Shown: piece by piece, positions 1 to 12,472 of the stretch
Position numbering within the stretch: the first letter of the stretch is position 1
How the letters are laid out: each line of letters begins with the position of its first letter
Assembly: GCF_004010195.1 (NCBI RefSeq)
Contig: NC_057754.1
Span: 8,740,566 to 8,802,565 of the forward strand
Direction: 5' to 3'
From: Chiloscyllium plagiosum
Taxonomy: Eukaryota
Length of the DNA: 62,000 nt
Position numbers and translations under genes: made by a program
Notes under the pieces: model-generated
Told to the model about the DNA's origin: nothing
Seen by the model: the letters and a program-made list of their open reading frames with translations, nothing else
Database searches by the model: none

Positions 1-410
1 AAGATCGTATGAGGAAGGGCTGAGGCACTTGGGGTTGTTTTCATTGGAGAAAAGAAGGTTTAGGGGTGACTTGATAGAGGTGTACAAGATGATTAGGGGT
101 TTAGATAGGGTTGACCATGAGAACCTTTTTCCACATATGGAGTCAGCTATTACGAGGGGGCATAGCTTTAAATTAAGGGATGGTAGGAATAGGACAGATG
201 TTAGGGGTAGATTCTTTACTCAGCGAGTCGTGAGTTCATGGAATGCCCTGCCAGTAGCAGTGGTGGCTTCTCCCTCTTTATGGGCATTTAAACGGGCATT
301 GGATAGGCATATGGAGGATAGTGGGCTAGTGTAGGTTAGGTGGGCTTGGATTGGTGCAACATCAAGGGCCAAAGGGCCTGTACTGCGCTGTATTTTTCTA
401 TGTTCTATGT
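1..410 (+). mobile_element. CR1 LINE 3' end (ORF2 C-terminus and tail), inserted into the hAT transposase
   Basis: ORF 29-334 LGLFSLEKRRFRGDLIEVYK...FFTQRVVSSWNALP is the CR1 ORF2 C-terminus; ends in TTCTATGTTCTATGTT tail. Confidence 0.93.
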
Positions 411-1265
411 TACTTTTTAACACTGACTTACACAACACTTCCTGATGTATAATACAATGCAAAAATACCAATTTCTGTTCAGGGTCAATTTCTGTCACAT
501 TATCCTGCATTCTCTTTAAGAGTCCAACAATTTTTCCTGTTAAATTTGGGACAACCATCCGTTGTCACACCTGCCAGCTTGTCCCATTTTAGTCCCAACG
601 TGTCCAAACGTGCATTTACCTCCGTGAACATATCATTACCAGTTGTTGTTCCTTTCATTGACTGCATGGCTGCCAGCTCCTCCGTGATTTTAAAGTCTGT
701 AGTTATCCCACGTATGAAGATGAGTAGCTGGGCTGTGTCACGCACGTTGCAGCTCTCATCCAAAGCCAAGGGACAAAAAAAGTCAAAGTTGACCGCTCTG
801 TGCTGCAGCTGAAGCTCCAGATTTCTCGCGATGTCCCCAATCCTCCTCGTTACAATGCAGCGGGAGAGGGGCACATTCTCAAAAGCCTCCTTTTCCTCCG
901 GGCATATTAGTTCTGCAGAGTCCAACAAGCACTCCTTAATAAACTCTCCATCAGAAAACAGTTTACTGTTTCTGGCGATTTTGTGGAATATGACGTAACT
1001 TGTCTTGGCGTGAGTTGACATTTTGAGGGCCAGCCAGCAAGCATCACTTTTAGCTGTTCACGCACGCACGACATACACGCGCACGTGCGTCCATGCGTAA
1101 ATAAAAAAAGCATCCTTTCCAAAGCAAAAGCAACACAGTTGTATTGCGTGCATGGCGTAAATACTTTTTCATTTATGTTCTAATTTAAGATTGACCTCAT
1201 GCGGGCTGGACAGGAACGACCAAAGGGCCGGATATGGCCTGCGGGCCGTAAAATGCCCCGGTCTG
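411..1265 (-). mobile_element. hAT DNA transposon, left end plus frameshifted transposase (Charlie/SPIN group, GTF2IRD2/EPM2AIP1-like)
   Basis: Motifs LFSDGEFIKECL, LALDES, AQLLIFIRG, VTTDGCP, HCIIHQE; minus strand starts CAGACCGGGGCATTTTACGGCCCGCAGGCC at 1265, a Charlie-type terminus with GGCCCGC subterminal repeats. Confidence 0.9.
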
Positions 1266-1269
1266 ATCT

Positions 1270-1502
1270 CGAAGGACAACGGCAGTAGGTACATGGGAAC
1301 ACCTTGCAAGTTTCCCTCTGAGCCATTCACCATCCTGACTTGGTAATATGCCTCCTACTCCCATACTGTGGCTGCATCAAAATCCAGGAATTCCCTCTCA
1401 AACGGCATTGCAGGCCTAACAACAACACATGGACTGCAGCAGTTCTCAAGGTCAGTTAAGGATGGCCATTAAATGCTGGGCAACAAGTGAATTTTTAAAA
1501 AG
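1270..1502 (+). mobile_element. 3' end of second LINE family (family B)
   Basis: Matches the 3' end of the element at 51085-52990 (GAAGGACAA...CATGGGAACACC...GGATGG...TAAATGCTGG). Confidence 0.75.
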
Positions 1503-1534
1503 TCACCAAACTGATTGACTATGACTCTATGATT

Positions 1535-1992
1535 CCTGGAAATGGCAGGATTGACATCAGGAGAGAGATTGGACTGGTTAGGACTGTGTTCACTGGAGTT
1601 TAGAATAATGGGGGCTGTCTCATAGAAACCTAGAAAATTCTAACAGAACTAGACAAGGTAAATGCAGGAAGGATGTTCCCAATGACTGGTGAGTCCAGCA
1701 CAAAGGGTCACAGTCTCAGGTTAAGGGTATGCCATTTAGGATTGAGATGAGAAGAAATTTTGTCACCCAGAGACTGGTGAACCTGTGGAAGCCTCTGCCA
1801 CAAAAAAAGCATTAGATGCCAAAACATTGAATGTTTTTGAGAAGATGATGGATATTGTTCTTCACACTGAAGCGATTGAAGGGTATGGGGCTGAAGCAGG
1901 TACCAATTTGGATGATTATCCATGATCATATTGAATGGCAGAGTGGATTTGAAAAGTTGGTCTACTTCTGTTCCTATTTTCGATGTTTCTAT
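1535..1992 (+). mobile_element. Old CR1 3' fragment
   Basis: Degenerate FSLEFR/GHSLR/RRNF.TQR.VNLW coding pattern and TTTCTATG tail. Confidence 0.75.
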
Positions 1993-2264
1993 GAAATGTT
2001 AATTCTGGTTCTCTCACCACAAATGCTGCCAGATCTGCTGGGTTTCTCCTGCACTTTGTTTTTATTTCTGACTTCCAGGATCCCCAGCAGTTTGCTTTTA
2101 TGCAGAAACCCAGATATCCACCAGAAAAAAAGGTTGATTGCTGAAACTGATGCATCCTAATTTCATTAAATCAAGTGGTGAGACCCACTTTGCATTGATC
2201 CCCAGCAGCAGTGGTGTGGTTTAAATTGGGATTAGGACAGTTGCTTTCTGTGAATTTTTCTTTA

Positions 2265-3055
2265 ACATAGAGTCAAAGAGTCATAGAGATGTACAGCATG
2301 GAAACAGACCCTTTGGCCCAACCCGTCCATGCCGACCAGATATCCCAACCCAATCTAGTCCCACCCGCCAGCACCCGGCCCATATCCCTCCAAACCCTTC
2401 CTATTCATATACCCATCCAAATGCCTCTTAAATGTTGCAATTGTACCAGCCTCCACCACTTCCTCTGGGAGCTCATTCCATACCACCCTCTGTGTGAAAA
2501 GGTTGCCCCTTAGGTCTCTTTTTTATCGTTCCCCTCTCACCCTAAACCTATGCCCTCTAGTTCTGGACTCCCCAACCCAAGGGATAAGACTTTGTCTGTT
2601 TATCCTATCCATGCCCCTCATAATTTTGTAAACCCCTCAGCCTCCGATGCTCCAGGGAAAACTGCCCCAGCCTGTTCAGCATCTCCCCATAGCTCAAATC
2701 CTCCAACCCTGGCAACATTCTTGTAAATCTTTTCTGAACCCTTTTAATTTTCACAACATCTTTCCAATCGGAAGGAGACCAGAATTACACGCAATATTCC
2801 AACAGTGGCCTAACCAATGTCCTGTACAGCTGCAACGTGACCTGTACTCAATACTCTGACCAATAAAGGAAAGCATACCAAACGCCTTCTTCACTATTCT
2901 ATTTACCTGCGACTCCACCTTTAAGGAGCTATGAACCTGCCCTCCAAGGTCTTTTTGTTCAGCAATACTCCCTAGGACCTTACCATTAAGTGTATAAGTC
3001 CTGCTAAGATTTGCTTTCCCAAAATGCAGCACCTCGCATTTATCTGAATTAAACT
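2265..3055 (-). mobile_element. CR1 LINE 3' fragment
   Basis: Minus ORF MLHFGKAN...QKDLG.QVHSSLKVESQV; CATAGAGT tail repeat at the left end. Confidence 0.92.
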
Positions 3056-3189
3056 GACTACCTCCGTCTAGTCAGATGTCTACTTCCACTCAGTAATCTA
3101 TTTCAAGTCAGTGAAGAGTGGACCATTTTACCTGGCAAATTCCTGCCATTATTTCCATTCTATTAATACAAAATCCTCCCCACCCTCAC

Positions 3190-4640
3190 TGTCCACTAGA
3201 GTAGTGCCAAATGATTGGTGGGTGGCAAATGTTATTCCGTTGTTCAAGAAAGGCAATAGGCATAATCCTGGGAATTACAGACCAGTCGTTTTACATCTGT
3301 GATGGGCAAATTATTGGAGAGGCTTCTGAGAGACAGGATTTATGATTACTTGGAAAGCCATTCTTTAATTAGAGATTGTCAGCATGGTTTTGTGAGTAGC
3401 AGATCATCCTCATAAGCCTAATTGAATTCGTTGAGGAGGTGACAAAACACATTGGTGAAGGTGGAGTAGTGGATGTGGTGTACATGGATTTTAACAAGGT
3501 GTTTCATAAGGTTCATCATTGTCGGCTCAGTCAGAAAGTAACGAGGCATGGGATACAGAGAAATTTGGCTGTCTGGATACAGAATTGGCTGGCCCATAGA
3601 AGACCGAGGGTGTTAGTAAATGAAAAGTATTTGGCCTGGAGCTCAGTGACCAGTGGTGTCCCACAGGGATCTGTTCTGGGACCTCTGCTATTTCTGATTT
3701 TTATAAATGACTTGGGTGAGGAAGTGGAAGGGTGGGTTAGTAAGATTGCTGGTGACACGAAGGTTGGTGGAGTTGTGGAGGGCTGTTGTAGGTTGCAACA
3801 GGACATTGACAGGGTGCAGAACCAGGCTGAGAACTGGCAGATGGAGTTCTAACAGGAAAAGTGTGAAGTGATTCATATTGGAAGGTCGAATTTGAATGCA
3901 GTAAACAGGGTTAAAGGCAGGATTCTGTGTAATGTGGAGGAACAGAAGGACATTGGGGTCCATGTCCATAGATCCCTCAAAGTTGCCACCCAAGTTGATA
4001 GGATTGTTAAGAAGGTGTTATGGTGCATTGGCTTTCATTAGCACAGAAATTGTGTTTTAAGAGCTGCGAGGTTATGCTGCAGCTCTATAAAGCCCTAGTT
4101 AGACCACACTTGGAACATTGTGTTCAGTTCTGGTCGCCTCATTATAGGAAGGATATGGAAGCTTTATAGAGGATGCAGATGAGATTTACCAGGATGCTGC
4201 CTGGACTGGAGGGCATGTCTTATGAAGAAAGGTTGAGGGAGCTGAAGCTTTTCTCACTGGAGTGAAGAAGGATGAGAGGTGACTTAATAGAGGTGTACAA
4301 GATGGTGAGAGGCATAGATAGAGTGAATAGTCAGAGACTTTTTCCCAGGACGGAAATGGCTATCAGAAGGGGACATAAATTTACAGTGATTGGAGGAAGG
4401 TTTACGGGAGATGTCAGGGGTAGGTTCTTTACACAGAGAGTGGTGGGAGCATGGAATGCACTACCAACAGTAGTAGTAGAGTCAGAGACATTAGGGACAT
4501 TTAAGCGACTCTTGGATAGGCACATGGATGATAGTAAAATGAAGAGTATGTTGGTTAGTTTGATCTTAGAGTAGGATAAAGGGTCTGGACAACATCAAGG
4601 GCCATAGGGCCTGTACTGTGCTGCATTGTTCTATGTTCTG
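3190..4640 (+). mobile_element. CR1 LINE, RT domain to 3' tail (frameshifted)
   Basis: [61 protein letters not shown] tail. Confidence 0.93.
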
Positions 4641-5497
4641 TGTTCCCCAATCTGCTAACATTTACTCCCAGAACAGTTGTCTTATGGAACAGAGAAAAGT
4701 ATAGCACAGGAACAGGCCCCTAAGCCTGCATGGCTGTGCTGACCATGATGCCATTCTAAACTAATCCCATTCACTTGCACATGGTCTGTCTCCTCTACTT
4801 CCTCCCTATTCATATGTCTGTCTGAATGCCTCTTCAAATTTGCTAACATATCTGTTTCTACCACCTCTTGCAGCAGTGCGGTCCAGTCACCTGCAACCCT
4901 CCATGTAAAAGAAAACTTGCCTTGCACATCTCCCTTAAACTCCTTCCCTCTCACCTAAAACCTATGCCCCCGAGTTTTGATATTTCCACCCTGGGAAAAA
5001 GATTCCAACAATCCACCCTAGTCATGCCTCTCATCGTTTTATATATTTCTATCAGTTTGCCCCTCTGATACTCCAATGAAAATAATCCAAGTTAGTCCAA
5101 CTTCTCCCTATAACTAATACACTCCAGACCAAATGACATTCTGGTAAGCCTCTTTTGCATCCTCACCAAAGCCTCCACCACCTTCCAATAATGTAGGAAC
5201 CAGAACAGCACAATATACTCCGAAGTCTTGTACAGCTGCAACATGACTCGCCAACTTTCATACTCAGTGCACCAACTGATGAAGGCAAGAATGCCTTTTT
5301 TTCTAATTATTCATTTATGTTGCCATTTTCTGGGAATTATGAACTTGGAACACAAGGTCTCTCTGTGCTCCTCAAGGTCCTACCATTAACTGCATACTTT
5401 CCTCTGACACTTGACCTCCCAAAATATATCACCTCATGCTTGTCCAGATGAAACTCTCTAGGGTGTAGGTTTGCTCGCTGATCTGTAGGTTTGATAT

Positions 5498-5537
5498 CCA
5501 GATGTTTCATTACCTGGCTAGGTAACATCATCAGTGG
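5498..5537 (-). ncRNA. Minimal hammerhead ribozyme, mutated copy (family B)
   Basis: Minus: cca CTGATGA T GTTACC tagcca GGTAAT GAAACATC tgg; ACGT palindrome changed to ACAT. Confidence 0.7.
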
Positions 5538-5883
5538 CGACCTCCAAGTGAAGCGAAGCTGTTTTCTCCTGCATTCTATTTATATCTTTCTCCTGGATGG
5601 GGTTCCTGGGGTCTGTGGTGATGTCATTTCCTGTTCGTTTTCTGAGGGGTTGATAGATGGCATCTCGATCTAGGCATTTGTTTATGGCGTTGTGGTTGGA
5701 GTGCCAGGCCTCTAGGAATTCTCTGGCATGTCTTTGCTTAGCCTGTCCCAGGATAGATGTGTTGTCCCAGTTGAAATGGTGGGGTTTTTATCCATGTGTA
5801 GGGCTACGAGGGAGAGAGGATTCCTAGTAGCACACACTCAAATAAAACACTCTCAAACAAAAACTAACAAACTTAAAAGATCC

Positions 5884-6147
5884 NNNNNNNNNNNNNNNNN
5901 NNNNNNNNNNNNNNNNNNNNNNNNNNNNNNNNNNNNNNNNNNNNNNNNNNNNNNNNNNNNNNNNNNNNNNNNNNNNNNNNNNNNNNNNNNNNNNNNNNNN
6001 NNNNNNNNNNNNNNNNNNNNNNNNNNNNNNNNNNNNNNNNNNNNNNNNNNNNNNNNNNNNNNNNNNNNNNNNNNNNNNNNNNNNNNNNNNNNNNNNNNNN
6101 NNNNNNNNNNNNNNNNNNNNNNNNNNNNNNNNNNNNNNNNNNNNNNN
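5884..6147. other. Assembly gap (264 N)
   Basis: Run of N. Confidence 1.
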
Positions 6148-6710
6148 AAGAGGTGACTTGATAGAGGTGTTGTCCCAGTCGAAATGGTGTTTTTTTTAAC
6201 CATGTGTAGGGCTATGAGGGAGAGAGGATTCCTAGTAGCACACACTCAAACAAAACACTCTCAAACAAAAACTAACAAACTTAAAAGACCCAGTACAACC
6301 CATGGACAAAACCAACGTCATCTACAAAATTCCATGCAAGGACTACCACAAACACTACGTAGGACAAACACGAAGAAAGTTAGCCATCAGGATACACGAA
6401 CACCAGCTAGCCACAAAAAGACACGACCCTCTCTCCCTCGTAGCTCTACACACGGATGAAAAAAAACACCATTTCGACTGGGACAACACATCTATCCTGG
6501 GACAGGCTAAGCAAAGACATGCCAGAGAATTCCTAGAGGCCTGGCACTCCAACCACAACGCCATAAACAAACGCATAGATCTAGATGCCATCTTTCAACC
6601 CCTCAGAAAACAAACAGGAAATGACATCACCACACATCCCAGGAACCCCATCCAGGACAAACATATAAATAGAAAGCAGGAGGCAACAGCTTCGCTTCAC
6701 TTGGAGGTCG

Positions 6711-6750
6711 CCACTGATGATGTTACCGAGCCAGGTAATGAAACGTCTGG
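6711..6750 (+). ncRNA. Minimal type-I hammerhead ribozyme (family B), core intact
   Basis: cca CTGATGA T GTTACC gagcca GGTAAT GAAACGTC tgg: helix I CCA/TGG, 6-bp helix II, ACGT palindromic helix III, GUC site after 6747. Confidence 0.85.
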
Positions 6751-8754
6751 ATATCAAACCTACAGCTCACCGAGCAAACCTACACCCTAAACCTCAACCT
6801 GAGCTACAAATCTTCGCAAACCTTGCATGAAACTCTCTGTCATTTCTCCATTCAACTTTCCAACTGATCCGAATCAATCTCCCTCACTCTCTCCATCGAT
6901 TTGTGTGTGGTCTGAAAAATTCAGTAATCAGACCAGCTACATTTTCATCTCAATCATTTACATCAAAAACAACAGAGGCCCTCAGCACTGATCCTTGTGG
7001 AACACCACTGAGCACAGACCTCCTCTTTGTCTCTTGTGTCCAAGCCAAGGTTGTATCCATTTTGCCAACTTACCATGAATCCAATGCAACTTAATCTTCT
7101 GGGCCAGCCTACCATGAGAGACCTTAGTAAGGTTTATGTAGACAACATCCACTGCTCTACCCTCATCAATCGTCTTAATCACTTCCTCAAAAGAACTCCA
7201 TCAAGTTTGTGAGATAAGATCTCCCCTGCATAAAACCATGCCTATTAAGTCCAATAATTTCCCTACCACTGATGCAAGGGTTAATAGCCTTTCCTGGATT
7301 ATCCAAGTTTCCCTTCTTAAACAAAGGAACAACATTGGCTCTTCTCTAAACTTCTGGAACATCACCTGCAGCTAAACAGGATACAACGATCTCTGTCAAG
7401 GCCTCAGAAAACCCGTCCCTTGCCTCCTTCAGCATCCTGGGGTTGATCCCATCAAGCCCTGGGGACTTAGCTATCCTTAATGTTTTTCAAGCCACCCAAT
7501 ACCACCCTCTTCTTAATATTGACATGCCCCAGATTATCAACATATCCCTCCCAAATCTTACTGTCCTCCATGTTCTTCTCCTTGGTGAATACCAATGTCC
7601 AATACAGATTAAGGACCTCACCCTCTTCCTCTGGCTCCATATATAAATCCCTCCTTTGTCCTAGAGTCAACCTGACCTTTCCCTGGTTATCCTCTTGGTC
7701 CTAACATATGTCCAAAATGCCTTGGGATTCTTCTTAATCCGACTTGCTAAGGACCTTTCATGGTCCTGCCTGGCTGTCTTAACTTCTTCATTAAGTTATT
7801 TTCTGCTTCCTTTATATTCTTCAAATGCCTTGTACGCTTTCAGTTTCTTAAACCCTACATATGCTTCCTTTCCCTTTTTGGCTAAACTTCCAATATCTCT
7901 TGTCATCCATGGTTCCTGAATCTTGCCATCCCTATCTTTCATCCTCACAGGAACATGCTGGTCCTGAATTCTGATCAACTGGCCTTTAAAAGATTCCGAA
8001 ATGTCAGAGGTGGATTTACCCTCAAACAGCCACCCAACAATCTAATTTTCCGGTTCCTGCCTGAAGCTGTTGGAATTAACTTGCCTCAGTTTCGCACCTT
8101 CACCCAAGAACCAGTCTTATCCTTATCCATAACCATCTTTAAGGTAACAGAATTCTGATCACTGATCTGAAAATATGCTCCCACTGAAACTTTGATCAGC
8201 CGTGCTCAGGCTCATTCCCCAAAACAAGCTCTAACACCCATTCCCTCGTTGGAGTACTTACATACTGGTTCAACAAACCTTCCTGGATGCACCAGCAAAC
8301 TCTGCCCCATCTAAAAGCCTGGTACTAAGGGAGTCGCAATCAATGTTAAGATCATTGACTACAAAAATCCCTGTTGTTTTAACATCTTTCCCTGCACTGT
8401 TTATGTATCTATTCCTCTACCTCTGTGGGCTATTGGCAGGCCAACAGTATAACCCCATCATAGTGACTGCACTTTGTTTATTCCTGAATTCTACCCATAT
8501 GGCCTCATTGGATGTGGCCTCCAAGCTGTGGCATTCTCCTCAGTCAGTAACGCAATTCCTCCACCCATTTTACATCCTTCTCTAGCTTGGTTGAAACCTC
8601 TAAAACCTGGAATGTTAAGCTGCTGAGTGCTGCGCTTCTCTCAACCCAGTTTCTGTAATGGCTATTGCATTGTGAACTCATGTACTAATCCAGACTCAGC
8701 TATTTTACCTGTTACACTCCATACATCAAAGTAAATTAGGAGACAGCAATGGCC

Positions 8755-9068
8755 TATTCAGATTATCGCTGGAGTGTGCATCCAGAGACCCAGATAATGC
8801 CCTGGGGATCCACGTTCAATCCGGCAGGCAGTGGAATTTGAATTCAATTTAAAAAACTGGCCATTGCTGATTGTCGGAAAAACCCATCTGGATCATGAAT
8901 GTCCTTTAGGGAAGGAAGCTGCCATCCTTACCTGGTCTGGCCTATACGTGATTCCAGACCCACAGTAATGTGCTTGATTCTTTACTGCCCTCTGGGCAAT
9001 TAGGGATGGGCAATAAACGCTATCTGGCCAGCGACACCCTCATCCCATGAATAAAGGGAAATAAAAAA
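8755..9068 (+). mobile_element. tRNA-derived SINE (non-HE1) sharing its 3' tail with LINE family B
   Basis: B-box-like GTTCAATCC; 3' GGGCAATTAGGGATGGGCAATAAA...CATCCCATGAATAAA matches the LINE end at 52920-52990. Confidence 0.8.
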
Positions 9069-10489
9069 CACCTCAGAATGCCAGTCCTACTGTGTTCATT
9101 AGCCTGGACCTGTCTGTCTTTCCTATTGGACTTATTTGGCTAAATGTTGATCTACTCCTCAACCACTTCACATACTCACCTACCGCTCAGACTCCCATCC
9201 CACTGCCACACTGTTTTAACCCCCTCCCGGAGTGACATTAGCAAACCCCCCTGCAACTGGTGCCCCTCCAGTTTAGTTGCAACCCATCCTACTTGTACAA
9301 GTCCCTCCTGCCCTGGAAGAGATCCCAATGATCGAAATATCTGAAGCCCTCCCTCCTACACCAGTTCTTCAGCTACACGCTCATCTGCATTATCTTGCTG
9401 TTTCTAGCCTATCCAGTATGTGACACAGGGAGTAATCCTGAAATTAGGGATTAAGAGGCTAGTGAGGTATTCACCTGTTGGTGTAACCTCAGGAGGTTTT
9501 GCTGTTCTAAAAATTCAATATAACTGCATCTTGTCATGACCTTGCATTGACAGAATCATGAAGGTCACATAAACATTTTAAATCTGTGTTCCATAAATAC
9601 CACAGGCCTTTTTCAGACTACAAACTTAGCCTGTTATTCACTTTCAGTCAGGAACAAATTATACTTTTCCACCAATCTCCTGTTTAACAGCATAGAACCT
9701 TGTAAGGGGACCTGGCTGTCGGTGGAGGGAGATGAGAAAGATCAAAGTGCCCTCTCAGTGTGACCCTGAAGAACTGTATCTAGGCTGAAGTACTGTTCCT
9801 GTCGTATGATCCTCCCCTCAGACTGTCCTTCCTAAGCTCCAGTTGGGTGATGTTAGACATTCAGGTGGAAAAGACTAAAGAAGTACAATGAAGTGTTGAA
9901 AAAATATCTAGTTCCCATCCATCCAGAATATTAAACATCAGTCCAATCAGAGTAAACACAGTTTAAAGATACATTACAGATAGAGGCCATTTGGCCCATC
10001 ACAGCTATGCCAGCTGAAGTGGAGTTGTCCAGCTGAGTCCCATTTTTGAGATTTAACTCCAGCGAGCTGCAGGTTCAGACACTTTGAGTGCAGAACCAAG
10101 TCTTTTGTTTTAAAAATGTGGTGAAGGTTTCATCCGGTGAGATCCTATCAGACAATGAGTTCCACATTCCCACCATCCTCTGAGTAAAATGGATTTGCCC
10201 TCCCTTTCCTATTCCTTCTACCAATTAATATAAGTCTCTGCCCTCTGTTTACTGACCTCTCTAAATGGGCGCTTTCTACCTACTCTATCACAATACCTCA
10301 ATCTTTGACACTTCAATTAAATCTCTCCCCCATTTCAAAGAAAACAGCATAAACTCATTCAGGTTTTCTTCACAGTTCAAGTTCTCTCGTCCTGGTAACT
10401 TCCTCTGTAAACCGCCTCTCTTCTCTGTAGTGTCATCACATCCTTACTGTAGTGTGGTGACTTGGTCTATACAGTCCTTGTAGGACCTA

Positions 10490-10620
10490 TCGTGTCAGTT
10501 TACTCAGTTCAATGGATGACTGGTTTGCGAATGACGTGTGACGCCAGCAACGTGGATTCAATTCCCACACCGACTGAGGTTACCATGAAGGACTGTCTTA
10601 GCAACCTCTACCTACTCCAA
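10490..10620 (+). mobile_element. 5' fragment of a third tRNA-derived SINE
   Basis: A-box-like TTACTCAGTT and B-box-like GGATTCAATTCCC; interrupts an old minus-strand CR1. Confidence 0.45.
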
Positions 10621-10899
10621 GGTCTGTCTCTTCCTCCACACTTCTCCGTATCATCGAATCCCAAATTTTCCTCATCAAATTCATTATCACACAATTATCT
10701 CAACTGAATTTGCCTTTTCTCCCGTTCATTTGGGCAGTCTATTGACATCTTCCTTTCGTCCGTGACTTTCTTTCTCATTATCAATAACACAGCTCTCTAA
10801 TGTATCAGCTGCAAATGTTTAAATCACAGCCCCTGTAATGAAGTCTCAATCGTTGATATATATCACAAAATTGTGGATCCCGACAAGAAATAGGTATGA

Positions 10900-12334
10900 T
10901 TCAGTCCGGTTTGCAATTGACACTAGAATCCAATCTCTGCTGTTGTGTGTGAATTTGCTGGTGCCTTAAGGGGTTATTTGACTGAGTGGATCCTTGCCCA
11001 CACACGAAACAGGTGATCGGCCTCTCCCCTGTACGAACAGGTCAGTGAGTCAACAGAGTGCTTTCGCTTTTAAAGCTCTTCTAACAGTCAGAACATCTGA
11101 AAGGTCTCTCATCAGTGTGAACAAGTTGGTGTGTCAGGGGTTGGCATGACTGAGTGAATCCCTTGCTGCGCACAGAGCAGGTGAATGGCCTCTGTGAGTG
11201 CATTGACGTGTCATTATATCCCTTCTGCTTTTAAAGCTGTTCTTGCAGTCAGAACATCGAGAAGGTCTCTGATCAGAGTGTACATGCTGGTGAGTCCGGA
11301 GACTTAGAGTCCTAGAGATGTAGAGCACGGAAACAGACCCTTCGGTCCAACTCATCCACGCCGACCAGATATCCCAACCCACTCTAGTCCCACCTGCCAG
11401 CACCTGGCCCATATCCCTCCCAACCCTTCCTATGCATATACCCATCCAAATGCCTCTTAAATGTAGCAACTGTACCAGCCTCCACAACTACCTCTGGCAG
11501 TTCATTCCATACACGTACCACCCACTGCGTGAAAAATTTGCCCCTTAGGTCTCTGTTATATCTTTCCTCTCTCACTCTAAACCTATGCCCTCTACTTCCG
11601 GACTCCCCCATCCCAGAGAAAAGACTTTGTCTATTTATCCTATCCATGTCCCTCATGATTTTATAAACCTCTATAAGGTCACCCCTCAGTCTCCGACGCT
11701 CCAGGGAAAACAGCCCTAGCTTATTCAACCTCTCCCTCTAGCTCAAATTCTCCAAACCTGGCAACATCATTGATAAAGCATTACATCCCTTCCCACACTC
11801 AGGGCAAGTGAATGGCCTCTCCCCAGTGTGAGCTCCCTGGTGTGTGCAGAGGCTTGATAACTGAGTGAACCCCTTCCCACATGTGGAGCAACTGAATGGC
11901 CTCTCCCCAGTGTGAATGCGTCGATGAGCTTCCAGTTCAGATGGGTAATTGAACCCCTTCCTATAGTCCCCACATTTCCAAGGTTTGTCCATGGTGCTAG
12001 TATCCATGTGCCTCTCCAAGTTAGGTAAAGCCTCAATCACACAAAGATCACGTGCAATTCCTCTCGCTGTCAATCGTGCAATAGTTTCAGATCGCGTAAC
12101 TTGTTAAAGCTCTTTTCACAGTCAGTGCACAGGAACACAGACTCTGGAGTGTGTGTCACGTGCTTTTCCAGTTACAGAATTGAAGATTTTTTTTGTCACA
12201 GATAAACACAAATATTTCTCCTTCCTTATTCAAATGCCATGGATATTCAGGTCCTGATGATTCGAGTGACTATCAGAACTTGAGGTGAAGTTTATTTTGT
12301 GTTTCCCACCGACAAATCCAACATTCTGAATGCC
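10900..12334 (-). pseudogene. C2H2 zinc-finger terminal exon, disrupted (ZNF-A)
   Basis: Acceptor CTCCTTTTACAG/G at 12335; fingers [36 protein letters not shown]...; CR1 insertion at 11306-11769; frameshift and stops in downstream fingers. Confidence 0.88.
11306..11769 (-). mobile_element. 5'-truncated CR1 inserted inside a zinc finger
   Basis: ORF 11384-11728 is the CR1 C-terminus; flanked by TT at 11304-11305 and 11770-11771. Confidence 0.95.
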
Positions 12335-12472
12335 CTGTAAAAGGAGATTAAATTAAAATACTTAGAATAGATAGCAAACAGGCCATCAATATATCCACTC
12401 TTGTTTTATATTTCCCATTCCAATTAACTCATCTATCTCATTTTTCCAATCCTATTTCTCACATGTAAAACT

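Larger units (their letters stand above)
5460..6826 (+). mobile_element. Penelope-like element (family B), 5'-truncated with an inverted partial copy; 12-bp TSD
   Basis: GIY-YIG ORF NVIYKIPCKDYHKHYVGQT..LAIRIHEH (6302 onward); 5460-5819 is the reverse complement of the 3' part; ATGAAACTCTCT at 5448-5459 and 6827-6838. Confidence 0.93.
4686..9450 (-). mobile_element. Long decayed CR1 LINE interrupted by a Penelope element (5460-6826) and a SINE (8755-9068)
   Basis: Collinear CR1 ORF2 fragments on minus (IDEGRAVDVVY, EPWMTRDI, VPVRMK) continuing across both insertions. Confidence 0.85.

Noticed and set aside
5728..6245. 142-aa and 130-aa ORFs
   Set aside because: Artefacts of translating through the N gap
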